From: Candidatus Micrarchaeota archaeon
Lineage (GTDB): Archaea; Micrarchaeota; Micrarchaeia; Norongarragalinales; SBBD01
Assembly (NCBI GenBank): GCA_016212475.1
Contig: JACRGC010000005.1
Coordinates: forward strand, 157 to 64,156
Direction: 5' to 3'
Length of the DNA: 64,000 nucleotides
Made by a program: the position numbers and the translations under genes. Below the pieces are notes generated by a model. The model was not told the origin of the DNA. It did no database searches and was given only the letters and a program-made list of their open reading frames with translations. The first letter of the stretch is position 1. Every line of letters starts with the position of its first letter. Below are positions 28,559 to 38,435 of the stretch, piece after piece.

Positions 28559-30514
28559 CTACTCCTTCCTGTGCCAAAATATAAGCGCAAGCACTATGAA
28601 TGCAAAGGTATAGACGGATACCACAAAATAATTTTCAACAGCGTAATACGCCGCGTCCCGAACAGTTGTTTTGGAAATCATTTCTACAACATTGTATAGG
28701 GGAAGCAAGGTAGCAATTGTCTTGAATGCGCCCTGAATCTGTTCGATTGGAAGCATGATTCCAGATAAGAAAAGCATAGGCATACTGACAAGAAGGGAAG
28801 ATAGCACGGCGGATCCTTCATTTGATACAAATGCCGAGAGCAAAGTGCCCATTGCCGTGAATACTGCAGGGGCTAGGAATAAAGCAAAGGAAAATGCAAG
28901 GGGATTTGCGCTTAGGTTTATCCCAAAAAATATAGCGCCAAGCAGGGCAACAACCATGACTTGGATCAAACCTGCGATGTAATCGCCAATGAATTTCCCA
29001 ATTACAATTGAAAATGTGCTGGCATATGAAAGTTTCATCCTAAACCTTAGGCCTTGCGTTTTTTGCTTAACCGACATGATTGGGGGCAAAAGAAGGCAGC
29101 TAAGCAGGGAAACAAGCCCAAGAAGGGCTGGGAAAATCGAATCAATTGGCCTAAGAGTTCTCCTCTCCGGAAGGCTTTCAAGCTTTAGGGGGACATATTT
29201 CCTTGGATCGTTTTCTACAAACTTGCCTATATTTGATTTCATGGATTGCAACAGAGTTTGGGTCCTTGAAATGTCTTGGTCAAGGGAATCCAATTGAGCC
29301 GAGGATTCTACAAGATAAGTATTCATTGATTGCGAAAGAACACTAAATGAATTCAGGTTTGCCTGCGCTTTTTCTAAATTGTTTTGAGCAATGATTAGCT
29401 TGTTTGACGCATCGTCCATTTGCGAGCGGGTGTAAGATAAATCACTTCGCGCATTTGCCTGGGTAGTTTGAAGGGAGGCCCTAGTATTTGAAATATCGTT
29501 CCTGGCGCTTTGAATATCATTTCTTGCAACAGCTATTTGTGCCTGTGAATTTTGAATATCCGATCGCATGCTTTGCAAATCATTCCTTGCGGATAGGATT
29601 TGATTTCTCGAATCAATTATGCCATTTTCAACTGTAATTAATTGAGTTTGCGCAGCGCCAGTTGAAGTTGCCCTAACCTGCGAAACTATCGTTAAATATG
29701 TTCCAAGTGTTGCATAAGCTGAATCCAATTGGGCAATTCTTTGCTGCAATTGAATATCCCAGGCATTTAGCTTATTTTGGAGGGTAAATAATTGGGAATC
29801 CGTTGCAGCTAATCTGCCATCATAGTATTGCAGTTTTGAATCATATGTTGATATTTGGTTTATAGTATCTTCCCAGGAGGAAAGTTTTTGGCGCATGTTG
29901 CTAATTCCTTCAGACATCCCAATTGCATCGCTTCGCATTTGGGAGAGCATATTCGTCGTTGCAACGGCATCACTATTTTGCATGCTGCCCCTAAGTTGTT
30001 CGAGATTTGCCTTGTTTTGCTTAAGATTTGCCCTAAGCTGGGGAATTTTTTGAAGCTGGCCATCGACTTCTTTTGAAAGATCCTTCATGCTGCCATGAAT
30101 TGATACGAGGTTTGTTTCGACAAGATCGGCAGATAAATCCGCAAGCTTTCCTTGGAGCTGCATGGCAAGGGATGTGGCAACCACTTCTTTTTGGGGATCA
30201 AAATAAGTATACATGCGCCTTCTTCCCGATTCATCGGTTGTGAACAGTATTCCAAGTACGGATTGGCCAGATATTACGGAATTTATCATCCCTTCCTTTG
30301 TATCAAATTCAATTAACTCCTGGGATTCAAAATTAGGGAAGTTTTCATGGACAGTTGAATAAAGCGCAATCGTCACCCCCTTTGCGCCCATGTTGCTAAA
30401 AATTGGGCCAACAACCATCATAAGGATCAGGGGGTAGAGCAAAATTAAAAGCGAGGTCATTCCTTGCGCGGATATGAATTTTAGTTCAAGTTTGACTATT
30501 GTCAATAGGCTCAT
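28559..30514 (-). CDS. ABC-2 type transporter permease with a large extracellular coiled-coil (YhgE/Pip-like) domain
   Basis: N-terminal TM, ~400-aa extracytoplasmic domain with repeated xxRxDIQxxxx units, five C-terminal TM helices. 4-nt overlap with the upstream ATPase gene. Confidence 0.6.
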   Translation of the reverse strand: MSLLTIVKLELKFISAQGMTSLLILLYPLILMMVVGPIFSNMGAKGVTIALYSTVHENFPNFESQELIEFDTKEGMINSVISGQSVLGILFTTDESGRRRMYTYFDPQKEVVATSLAMQLQGKLADLSADLVETNLVSIHGSMKDLSKEVDGQLQKIPQLRANLKQNKANLEQLRGSMQNSDAVATTNMLSQMRSDAIGMSEGISNMRQKLSSWEDTINQISTYDSKLQYYDGRLAATDSQLFTLQNKLNAWDIQLQQRIAQLDSAYATLGTYLTIVSQVRATSTGAAQTQLITVENGIIDSRNQILSARNDLQSMRSDIQNSQAQIAVARNDIQSARNDISNTRASLQTTQANARSDLSYTRSQMDDASNKLIIAQNNLEKAQANLNSFSVLSQSMNTYLVESSAQLDSLDQDISRTQTLLQSMKSNIGKFVENDPRKYVPLKLESLPERRTLRPIDSIFPALLGLVSLLSCLLLPPIMSVKQKTQGLRFRMKLSYASTFSIVIGKFIGDYIAGLIQVMVVALLGAIFFGINLSANPLAFSFALFLAPAVFTAMGTLLSAFVSNEGSAVLSSLLVSMPMLFLSGIMLPIEQIQGAFKTIATLLPLYNVVEMISKTTVRDAAYYAVENYFVVSVYTFAFIVLALIFWHRKE

Positions 30515-31458
30515 GCTTTAACACCAATTTCCCTTCCAACAATTGCCTTGAAAACATCATCAAGGGTCCCTTCCTTCACGTAAGAATCCTTGACTGCAAT
30601 ATTTTCATCGGTTATCATTTTATAAACAGTTGAAATTATTTTTGCAACATCGGAATTTACACAGGTTAGTAGGAGCAAACGATCATCTGAAATTGCGGAA
30701 ATCACCCCCTTTACTTTTTTTGCTTTTTCGGCCATTTGCTCTGCATTCGCGCTTAATTGAAGGAAAATTTTAGTATCGCCACCATATTGTTCGATAAGAC
30801 TAGCCGGAGTTCCAATGGCAAGAATTGCTCCCTTGAAAATAATTGCGATGCGATCGCAAAGAAAGGCAGCTTCTTCCAAATAATGCGTAGTTAGAATCAA
30901 GGTTGAACCGTTTTGCTTCATCTTCCTGATTGTTTCCCAAATTGTCGATCTGATCTCCGGATCGAGCCCAACTGTTGGCTCATCCAGAAGGATAATTTTT
31001 GGAGAATGGATTGTTGATAGGGCAAAATTCAAAAGCCGCTTGTAGCCTCCGGATAAATCAGCAACCCTTACATCGGTTTTCTTTGATAAAAGATAGTTTT
31101 GAATTTGCCGATCAAAAATTTCATCATGTTTTTGGCCGCCAAAATCGTATAGGCTGATCATGAGTTCGAGATTTTCAGCTACGGTAAAATCGAAGGCGAA
31201 GGAATATTCCTGTGGAACAACTCCGATAATTTTTCGAATTTCATAGGCAGATAGCAATTGGCGGTTAAAAAGCTTGAAATTGCCAGCAGTTGGCTTGATT
31301 TGGCCCGAAATCACCTTCATTACGGTGCTTTTTCCAGCTCCGTTTGAACCAAGCAACCCAAAAATCTCGCCTTCCTCGACTTCAAATGAGCAATTTGAAA
31401 CGGCTAAATATGCGCCGTATTTTACGGACACATTATCAAGTGAAATGGCAATTCCCAT
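30511..31458 (-). CDS. ABC transporter ATP-binding protein
   Basis: Walker A GSNGAGKST, signature LSGGYKRLL, Walker B ILLDEPTVGLD. Confidence 0.85.
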   Translation of the reverse strand: MGIAISLDNVSVKYGAYLAVSNCSFEVEEGEIFGLLGSNGAGKSTVMKVISGQIKPTAGNFKLFNRQLLSAYEIRKIIGVVPQEYSFAFDFTVAENLELMISLYDFGGQKHDEIFDRQIQNYLLSKKTDVRVADLSGGYKRLLNFALSTIHSPKIILLDEPTVGLDPEIRSTIWETIRKMKQNGSTLILTTHYLEEAAFLCDRIAIIFKGAILAIGTPASLIEQYGGDTKIFLQLSANAEQMAEKAKKVKGVISAISDDRLLLLTCVNSDVAKIISTVYKMITDENIAVKDSYVKEGTLDDVFKAIVGREIGVKA

Positions 31459-31635
31459 ACGTTCTCGTTTTGATTAATTTTAAGAGCCTTAATAAGTTAT
31501 CTTTAAAAGATAGCATTGGCTGAATTAAACTAAGAAAGAAGGTTTTGCATAGAATAGGCAAATGGGTCTGGGCAGAGGAAAAAGCAACCATATTTGAAAA
31601 CCGTAGGCAAAGTTAATGCAAAAGGGGGGATTCAC

Positions 31636-32028
31636 ATGAAAGAAATAACAGTTGTTGCAAAGGACCGTATCGGCTTGCTTGCGGATGTGAGTGAAACGCT
31701 ATTCAATAACAAGATAAACATCGATTCCCTCTCAGTTGAATCTTCAAATAGGACTGCAATCATACGGCTGATGCTTGAAAACCATGCATTGGCAAAAACC
31801 GTGCTTGAATCCGGAGGGTTTAAGGTTATCGACACGGACGCGCTTGTGATCAAATTGCCGGATCAGCCAGGGGAACTTGCAAAAGTTTCCAGAATCCTAG
31901 CCGACCATAAACTTGCAATTGAATCCGTGTTCATCCTAAACAAAGAGGGAAACCAGACGGTTATTGCAATCAAAGTTGATAATGTTGAGAAGGCAAAAAA
32001 GCTGCTTAAGGAGAAGAAGTATCTTTGA
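31636..32028 (+). CDS. Tandem ACT-domain protein
   Basis: Two ~65-aa ACT-like repeats (ITVVAKDRIGLLADVSETL.. and LVIKLPDQPGELAKVSRIL..). An SD-like GGGGGG precedes the ATG at 31636; the ORF extends to 31594. Confidence 0.6.
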   Translation: MKEITVVAKDRIGLLADVSETLFNNKINIDSLSVESSNRTAIIRLMLENHALAKTVLESGGFKVIDTDALVIKLPDQPGELAKVSRILADHKLAIESVFILNKEGNQTVIAIKVDNVEKAKKLLKEKKYL

Positions 32029-32053
32029 GAAAAAAACTAGTATAAGTTTTTGC

Positions 32054-35000
32054 CTAAGTGCAGTCTGTTTCCGATATTATTACATTGTTCGTATAATCCT
32101 TAAGGATTACCTTGAATTTATCGGCATCTATTATCCAATCATTTTTACAATTGTACCAGCAATAAGAAGGAGGCAATTTGCCATCCCGTTTCAAATAATC
32201 CAAAGAATTTGCATAGCCTTGGATGCGATTTTCGACATAAATTAATTTTTCAAGTATTATTTCTGTTGAGGGTGCGCCATTTTTTGCCAGGGAATTTGTC
32301 GTGATATAATAAGTGGTTTTGGGGGCTATCTGATCGACATTTTCAAATTTCAAATAGAAATCCAATCCTCCGAAAACCGCGCCGGTTTGGATTCTGCATG
32401 CATTTATTTTAAAGATTTTTTTCGGAATTAGGGGGCTGGCATCAGGTTGTTTTATTGGAGTGGCAGTTGCCGCATCTTTTGCCTTTTCCTCATCTAGCAT
32501 GGAACTCGTTTTACCACTTGTTCCGGCAGGCAATTGCTTTACTTCCAAAATAGTTCCGCCATTTTTAACAACCAAATCGAATTTTGCAAGCTTTCTTGCA
32601 ATTTGCTTTAACTTCCCAATCGGCTTTTTATATTCGGTAATTGAAAGCAGCTCAATTGCAAAATTGTGCTTGAATTCGGTGGAAGGAGTATTGCCGGCAT
32701 TGGCAAATGCAACCGCATAGTTTGTCGTCAAGAAAAGCCCGTTTTCATCGAATTCGCACGCATAGTATTTTTCCTTTTCGGATGCATCCTTTCCTGAGAG
32801 GCTAAAGGCCGCATCAAATTGGTCGGAAGAAACCTTGCAGCCGTATTTTTTTGCGAGTTCAGAAGTTTCCTCCGGCGCAACAATTCCCCCGCCCAAGAAT
32901 GGGATTTGCGATTTCAAATCTTGCTTGGGATCAACAAGCGCAATTTCGTACCCATCCTTGAAACTGGCAACTGAAATATCCGCAGAAACGGTCCCTTTCA
33001 TCCCCTTGCAGCTAAACGATGCATCTTCCAGGGGAACTGCCATCTCAAATGCGGTTTTGTCATCTTTTGCAGCTTCCTTGAAGGATTTAGCGCCCTTATC
33101 ATCAGTTGCAAGAACGTAGTTCTTCATTTCCAATTTTCCAAGATCGAGGGTTACTGTGCTGCTTTGATCGCCAAACAATGCAAATCCATCAAAGCCATTT
33201 ACTTTGCACTCCTCCTCCAAATAATCAGAAGTGTGCTTGAATGCCGCCTTGGCATCATCATCGTTATTTGTGATTACGAACTGAAGCGGCTTGCCAGAAA
33301 TAATTGGCTCATTGTCAAATTCGTTTTTGCTTCCCAATTGTAGTTTAAGTGGCAAGAGCGAAACAACATTTGCAGACGAATAATATCGCCTAATGTAAAG
33401 ATTGCCATCCTGCGAGGTAAGGCTTTTCCTGTTAAACAAGGAGGCATCAGCCTTGGCATCAAACGATATTTGCAGGGATGAACCCGATAATTTGCAAAGT
33501 GAATTGAAAGGCGTAATTGCTTTTACAAGGGAGCCGGCATTTGGAATTGCAAATGGGTTGAACGAGGCGTCCTTTGAATTCAATGAAATTTTAAACGCTG
33601 AAAAGAATTCCGGATCCCCATAAACATTGCAAAGCGGCTCGGTTTTTGAATTTTCAGCCTGCGTGAAGGAAATGAATCTTGAATTTGTGAACGGATCAAG
33701 AACTATGTCCACATCATTCAATACCGAATTCTTAAGGGCATTCCCAAATGGCTTTTGAACTGTGCGCCTATCGCCCCTGGCAACAATCCTAACTGGCACG
33801 GTTTGGGATTTTCCGGATTTCATCCTAAATAAGATCGAGCCTTCAATGAAGCCCGAATCGCAGGCAGTTGCGGAATATCTTGGATCAACAGAGTATGACG
33901 ATGGGGGATACAGCAAGGAATTTTGTTGGTAATTAGAATATTGGAATTGGGAAGGGGGATAAATCATCGGTGGCTGCAATGAATTCATTTGCGGATAATC
34001 CAAATAATTCATGTAGCCGTTTTGATATTCAGGAACTGGGTAATATCCATTACCAAACTCATTCAGTCCCGGATAACCCAATGGATTGCTAAACGATGCG
34101 GTTCTTCGGTAGTAAGCTTCGCACGCTGGATTCATGCCAAATATCCTATCAAGCAGCCTATTGTAAATATCATTCCCGGAAAAGTCTGCAAATACGCGGA
34201 TCCGCTGCTCTTCTGCCGAGCAGTATTCCGTAGTGATGCCAAAATCAAGCCCTTGCAAGTTGCAGCCGGTAACCGGCTCGCTGAATGGCGAAAGGGAATA
34301 GATGAATTCTGATTTTCTTGTGTATGGGTCCACTTGGATTACAATTGGATTTGGAATTGGCGCAAGATTCTCATAATAATTGATTGGAGGGATAGCATCC
34401 GGAGAAGGATGATCCGGGGCAGTTACTATAATTGAGTACATTTTCACGAATTGATCCGCAGACCTTAGCATCAGCGTGCCTCGTTTCCTTAAGGAATTGA
34501 AGATTTTTTCGCTGGAATAATCAGCTGAAATATGGATGATGTTTTTTGTGCATTCGACATTCACATTGAAATCTTCAGGAGCTTTGATATCGCAGTAACT
34601 GACATCCCCGGCAACCGGGGAATAAAATGCATCAAAAAGCCCGTTCTCATCCAATTTCACATAAATTGTGGGCGGAATCACTGGAAGCGTTGGATCGCCA
34701 ATTGAAATCACATCCGGCGATTTTACATCAATTCTTATAGGAATTGCCTTGCGAATAAATTGCTTTGGGGTTATTTGCTGCTCAAAAATCAGATTGCAGT
34801 TGGTTTTTGCTGTTGATTTTTCCAAAATTCCAAGTTGGACGCTTGCAGAGGCTTTGAAATTATCAATTGAATTTGGGAATGCATAAACTACAGGGGAATC
34901 CTGATTTTGGCAATTTGAAATTATTGAAAGCATGCCTTTTGTTGGATGGGTCGAAGTTATGGAAACGGTTTTTGCCTCAATTGATGAGGAATCCCCCGCG

Positions 35001-38000
35001 AACTGCAATGAAGAAGGGGAAATTTTGAGCGAATCATCGTTGATATTGACAGCAATTCCACACTGCGAATAGGTTTTGTAATTAGGATGCTCAACCCTAA
35101 CTCCGATTTCTCCGATGCTTGATGGGAAAATTGGTATCGAATATACCCCATCCTTGCCGGCATTTCGTTCATCGCTTCCTTGGGTTTGGGGCTCTTGGAA
35201 ATCAAGGGGCGATTTTTCGCACTCAAATAAGGTAACGGCTGCATCGGTAATTGGAACGCCGTAGGCATCTAGCGCAAGAACCCGGATGTTTTTTTGCTCT
35301 CCGGACAGCAATGAATTTGGCGCGAATGTGACTTTCATTAGGTTTTGCCCGCTGATTTTCACGTTCCGGTGGTAATCGTAAGTGATTTCCTCGGATTTGA
35401 ATTGCAAATGCAAATCGGTGGTTCCTGCCTTTAGCGCCTTCATTTTGATGCTTCCTGAAGTTTTGACATTGGCAGGAATTGACACCTGGAAGGTTTGGTC
35501 TTTTGCAGCTGGAGTTTCATCCGCAAGATTCGACCCGGAATCGGCAGAAAGCAATTGCAAATTGCCATTCAGAAGCGAAATCGAATTGATATCAAGGTTT
35601 GAAAGCGCTTCGAATTTGATTGAAAATTCGGAGCCGAGCGCAATGTCATCTTTGATTGCTGAATCAAAAATTATTTTTTTGCAAAAGCTTGCATCCTGGT
35701 TGCAAATCAGGGGAGCGGATGTGACCTTGATTGATTTGATTGCGTTTTTCTTTTGGCACATTCCCTCGACCAATTCAAAGGGGGCAGTTGATTCGGAAAC
35801 TTTGAACTGCTCATCAGATGGGAAGCTTAAGGCAACATCTGCCTTCTTCGAATATGCCTTGTAATTGAAAACCAATTGCGAATTAGCTTTTGCATTTGCC
35901 GGAACTTTTATTTTCACAGCAATTTCCTTCGAGCCAATTGCGCCTTTTGGGAAAAGAACATCAATTGATGTGATGGATTCGTTCCCAGCATCAAGTGAAT
36001 AGCAATCATCCTGAGTGAATTTTGAAGAGGCAAACAAGGATTGGAATGAAGAATCAACGGATTCAATTGTAACTGCACTGCCATCCTGCGTCAGATGCAA
36101 ATGGAAGCCCGAAACATCGAGGGCAGTTGGAAAAGTTGCAAGGAATTTTGCAGTGTAGGTTTGGGCGTTCCCAAGCTCCTTTACTTCGGTTTTGTCAAAC
36201 ACCCCAAGGAATGATGCGGAAATGCCAGAGCTGTCCTTTTGGGAGATCAAATGGAGGGAAATTTTTGCGGATTCGCCCGGTTCAAAAATTTGGGCTTCAG
36301 AAGAGGTTTGCAAATACCCTTCGGAAACAGCTGCAAAAGAAATTTCGGAATTTGCAGGTATTTTAAGATCGCAAATATTTGCGGTTATGCTGCAGGTTGA
36401 AAGTATTTTCCCATCGGAAGAAATTGCGGAAACCGTCCCTTTTTGAAGGGTTACTTTTGAAATGGCATCAATTAGCGAAACAGAAACTGCTGCTGGCTTT
36501 GGAATCAATTCAAGCTCTATTTCTTCATTGGCATCTGCATAAAATGTTCCGCTAATAGCGCTGCTTTGGTCCAAAAATGCTTTGACCAAAAGCGGCTTTG
36601 TTTCGCCATTGATTTCCCGTGGCAATTTGAAATCTGCAATCCCTTCAAGATCAGTTGTTGCAAGGGGGATCCCAACAAAAAATCCATCGGAATAGTAAAG
36701 ACCTATTTTTGCACCGTACGCCGGTTCTCCATCCTGCGATACCGCAACTTTTAGGTTAACCGAATTTTCCTCCGTTTGCTCGGATAGTTCGACGGTTTGC
36801 AATTGCGTGCCTGAAGAGGCATCAAAAGCATATGGCAAATAACCATCTGAATAAACCGTCAAATGGTATTCCTTTCCAGCTAAAACAAGGAAATTTGCCC
36901 TCCCCTTATCGTTTGTTGAAAGGGCGCTTAATTGGGAAGAGCCATCTAATGAAAAAAGAATAATTTTAGCTCCGGAAATATAGCCGGTTTTTCCAGATAC
37001 TTCAACATCTATGTAATCCCCGCTTGATTTTTCCTCAAGGGTAACAAATGATTCCAATATGTCGCCAGAGGAAGAAAGCTCAAAGACATCAGAAACCGAA
37101 CCCAAATATTTCGAGCTCTCCTTAACTTCGATAAAATATTCAAAGCCCAATTGCACATTTTCAAAAAGCACTTCACCAGTTGAATCGGACCTTCCGTTTT
37201 TGATGGCTGCCATCGTATTTGCATCCTTGAGAACGACCATTATGGATTCCAACTCATCATTTGAATCGGATTGCAAGAAAAGTTTTATTTCGCCGAATTT
37301 TTCCTTAACTTCCTTGTCTTTGTCTTGGTTTTTTTCCTCATCAATGGAATTAAGAGGCAACACAGCGGTGCCTAGGAGAATTTGCGCTCTATTGACGGAT
37401 AATTCGTCTGAAACATAGCTGCTGGCAGATGCCTTGATTGTCAGATGCGTTATTTTCTCATCAAGCTGAAAAACTGCCTCGCCCATGTAATCGGTTGATT
37501 TGTCAAGGTAGGTGCCATCATCAAAAGCAACCCTGACGTTTGCATCAAGGATCGGCGAGCCAATGGAATTTTTTATTAGAACATTGAATAATTGGAGCTT
37601 TGGAGCGGGGGCAGTTTTTAGGATTATTGAAGTTGCATCCAAGGTTATTTCCTCGTTAAAATCAGAATAAACCTTATTTTCATCGGTAATTTTCAAGGAT
37701 AATATTGCGTTTTTTGGGACATCTGAAAAGCTCACTTTGCCATCCTGGTCTGTTTTTGAAGTCCCCTTTGTTGCGCCATCTGCAAACAAATCGACCCTAA
37801 TGGATGGGACCGGGTCTTGATTTTCATTGGTTACCAAAAGCGTTATTTCCTTTGATGATTGGAAAGATGCCGGAAGCAGGAAATAGATGGAGGCAATTAT
37901 TGCAATCAGCAAAATCAAAGGCAGCAGGATCCTTGGCGAAGGAACCCCTTTTTCCTCCAAATTCAGCATCGTTTCCTCGTATTTTTGGGCCAGATTTTCC

Positions 38001-38035
38001 AAAAACGGCGCTTGGCCTTCGGTTGCCTCGGACAT
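32054..38035 (-). CDS. Giant (1993 aa) membrane-anchored surface protein, putative adhesin. Short cytoplasmic N-terminus, one TM, tandem CarboxypepD_reg/Big-like beta-sandwich domains, and a Y/P/Q/N-rich low-complexity segment.
   Basis: TM LLPLILLIAIIASIYFLL. Recurring ..DGTAQF/..QDGKVSF.. beta-sandwich motifs. The N-terminal architecture is paralogous to the 39014..45325 protein. Confidence 0.7.
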   Translation of the reverse strand: MSEATEGQAPFLENLAQKYEETMLNLEEKGVPSPRILLPLILLIAIIASIYFLLPASFQSSKEITLLVTNENQDPVPSIRVDLFADGATKGTSKTDQDGKVSFSDVPKNAILSLKITDENKVYSDFNEEITLDATSIILKTAPAPKLQLFNVLIKNSIGSPILDANVRVAFDDGTYLDKSTDYMGEAVFQLDEKITHLTIKASASSYVSDELSVNRAQILLGTAVLPLNSIDEEKNQDKDKEVKEKFGEIKLFLQSDSNDELESIMVVLKDANTMAAIKNGRSDSTGEVLFENVQLGFEYFIEVKESSKYLGSVSDVFELSSSGDILESFVTLEEKSSGDYIDVEVSGKTGYISGAKIILFSLDGSSQLSALSTNDKGRANFLVLAGKEYHLTVYSDGYLPYAFDASSGTQLQTVELSEQTEENSVNLKVAVSQDGEPAYGAKIGLYYSDGFFVGIPLATTDLEGIADFKLPREINGETKPLLVKAFLDQSSAISGTFYADANEEIELELIPKPAAVSVSLIDAISKVTLQKGTVSAISSDGKILSTCSITANICDLKIPANSEISFAAVSEGYLQTSSEAQIFEPGESAKISLHLISQKDSSGISASFLGVFDKTEVKELGNAQTYTAKFLATFPTALDVSGFHLHLTQDGSAVTIESVDSSFQSLFASSKFTQDDCYSLDAGNESITSIDVLFPKGAIGSKEIAVKIKVPANAKANSQLVFNYKAYSKKADVALSFPSDEQFKVSESTAPFELVEGMCQKKNAIKSIKVTSAPLICNQDASFCKKIIFDSAIKDDIALGSEFSIKFEALSNLDINSISLLNGNLQLLSADSGSNLADETPAAKDQTFQVSIPANVKTSGSIKMKALKAGTTDLHLQFKSEEITYDYHRNVKISGQNLMKVTFAPNSLLSGEQKNIRVLALDAYGVPITDAAVTLFECEKSPLDFQEPQTQGSDERNAGKDGVYSIPIFPSSIGEIGVRVEHPNYKTYSQCGIAVNINDDSLKISPSSLQFAGDSSSIEAKTVSITSTHPTKGMLSIISNCQNQDSPVVYAFPNSIDNFKASASVQLGILEKSTAKTNCNLIFEQQITPKQFIRKAIPIRIDVKSPDVISIGDPTLPVIPPTIYVKLDENGLFDAFYSPVAGDVSYCDIKAPEDFNVNVECTKNIIHISADYSSEKIFNSLRKRGTLMLRSADQFVKMYSIIVTAPDHPSPDAIPPINYYENLAPIPNPIVIQVDPYTRKSEFIYSLSPFSEPVTGCNLQGLDFGITTEYCSAEEQRIRVFADFSGNDIYNRLLDRIFGMNPACEAYYRRTASFSNPLGYPGLNEFGNGYYPVPEYQNGYMNYLDYPQMNSLQPPMIYPPSQFQYSNYQQNSLLYPPSSYSVDPRYSATACDSGFIEGSILFRMKSGKSQTVPVRIVARGDRRTVQKPFGNALKNSVLNDVDIVLDPFTNSRFISFTQAENSKTEPLCNVYGDPEFFSAFKISLNSKDASFNPFAIPNAGSLVKAITPFNSLCKLSGSSLQISFDAKADASLFNRKSLTSQDGNLYIRRYYSSANVVSLLPLKLQLGSKNEFDNEPIISGKPLQFVITNNDDDAKAAFKHTSDYLEEECKVNGFDGFALFGDQSSTVTLDLGKLEMKNYVLATDDKGAKSFKEAAKDDKTAFEMAVPLEDASFSCKGMKGTVSADISVASFKDGYEIALVDPKQDLKSQIPFLGGGIVAPEETSELAKKYGCKVSSDQFDAAFSLSGKDASEKEKYYACEFDENGLFLTTNYAVAFANAGNTPSTEFKHNFAIELLSITEYKKPIGKLKQIARKLAKFDLVVKNGGTILEVKQLPAGTSGKTSSMLDEEKAKDAATATPIKQPDASPLIPKKIFKINACRIQTGAVFGGLDFYLKFENVDQIAPKTTYYITTNSLAKNGAPSTEIILEKLIYVENRIQGYANSLDYLKRDGKLPPSYCWYNCKNDWIIDADKFKVILKDYTNNVIISETDCT

Positions 38036-38058
38036 ATACGTATTGATGGATATGATCG

Positions 38059-38068
38059 TTTAAAAATA
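38059..38068 (-). promoter_or_regulatory. TATA-like box (TTTTTAAA on minus strand) ~25-33 nt upstream of the giant-protein ATG
   Basis: A/T box at the expected archaeal distance for a leaderless or short-leader transcript. Confidence 0.3.
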
Positions 38069-38213
38069 TGTATTTTTGGGAGGAATGTAAAAGGGAAGGA
38101 GGTGAAAATAAAGAGGAGGAGTTTTGCAAACAAAAAGCCAAAAAAATCAAGCCTTCAAAGTTTTTGACCGCAACTATCAATTAAAAAAGCTTAAACTAAA
38201 CAAAACTAATTAT

Positions 38214-38321
38214 AGCCCCGTCGTCTAGCGGTCAATCTTTTCCTTCCAATTAAAGGAAGGCTTAGGACTTTGGATACTGGACTCTGAATCCGGTGACGGC
38301 AGTTCGAATCTGCCCGGGGCT
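38214..38321 (+). tRNA. tRNA-Gln: tRNA-Gln (anticodon CUG) with a ~36-nt non-canonical intron in the D-arm region
   Basis: Acceptor AGCCCCG/CGGGGCT, anticodon arm CTGGA-CTCTGAA-TCCGG, T-arm GGCAG-TTCGAAT-CTGCC. The gene is 108 nt against ~72 nt for the mature tRNA. The extra sequence (~38236..38271) carries the CCTTCC-aattaaa-GGAAGG hairpin between D-loop AGCGGTCAA and D-stem 3' strand. Confidence 0.75.
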
Positions 38322-38435
38322 ATTTTAATTTTCAACTCGGAATAGCGGATAGTTTTCTTTTGTCAAAATCACCAAAGAAATTTTTGTTTTTGGCAAATGC
38401 TTAATTTTTTTAACCCAAACCTTATACCAAGTAAC

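Noticed and set aside
28502-28699. 65-aa plus ORF between rpoH and the ABC permease
   Set aside because: It overlaps the permease 3' end on the opposite strand and has no promoter or motif support.
38180-38200. Possible TATA box for tRNA-Gln (gcttaaactaaa)
   Set aside because: The sequence is only weakly TATA-like and cannot be supported beyond spacing.
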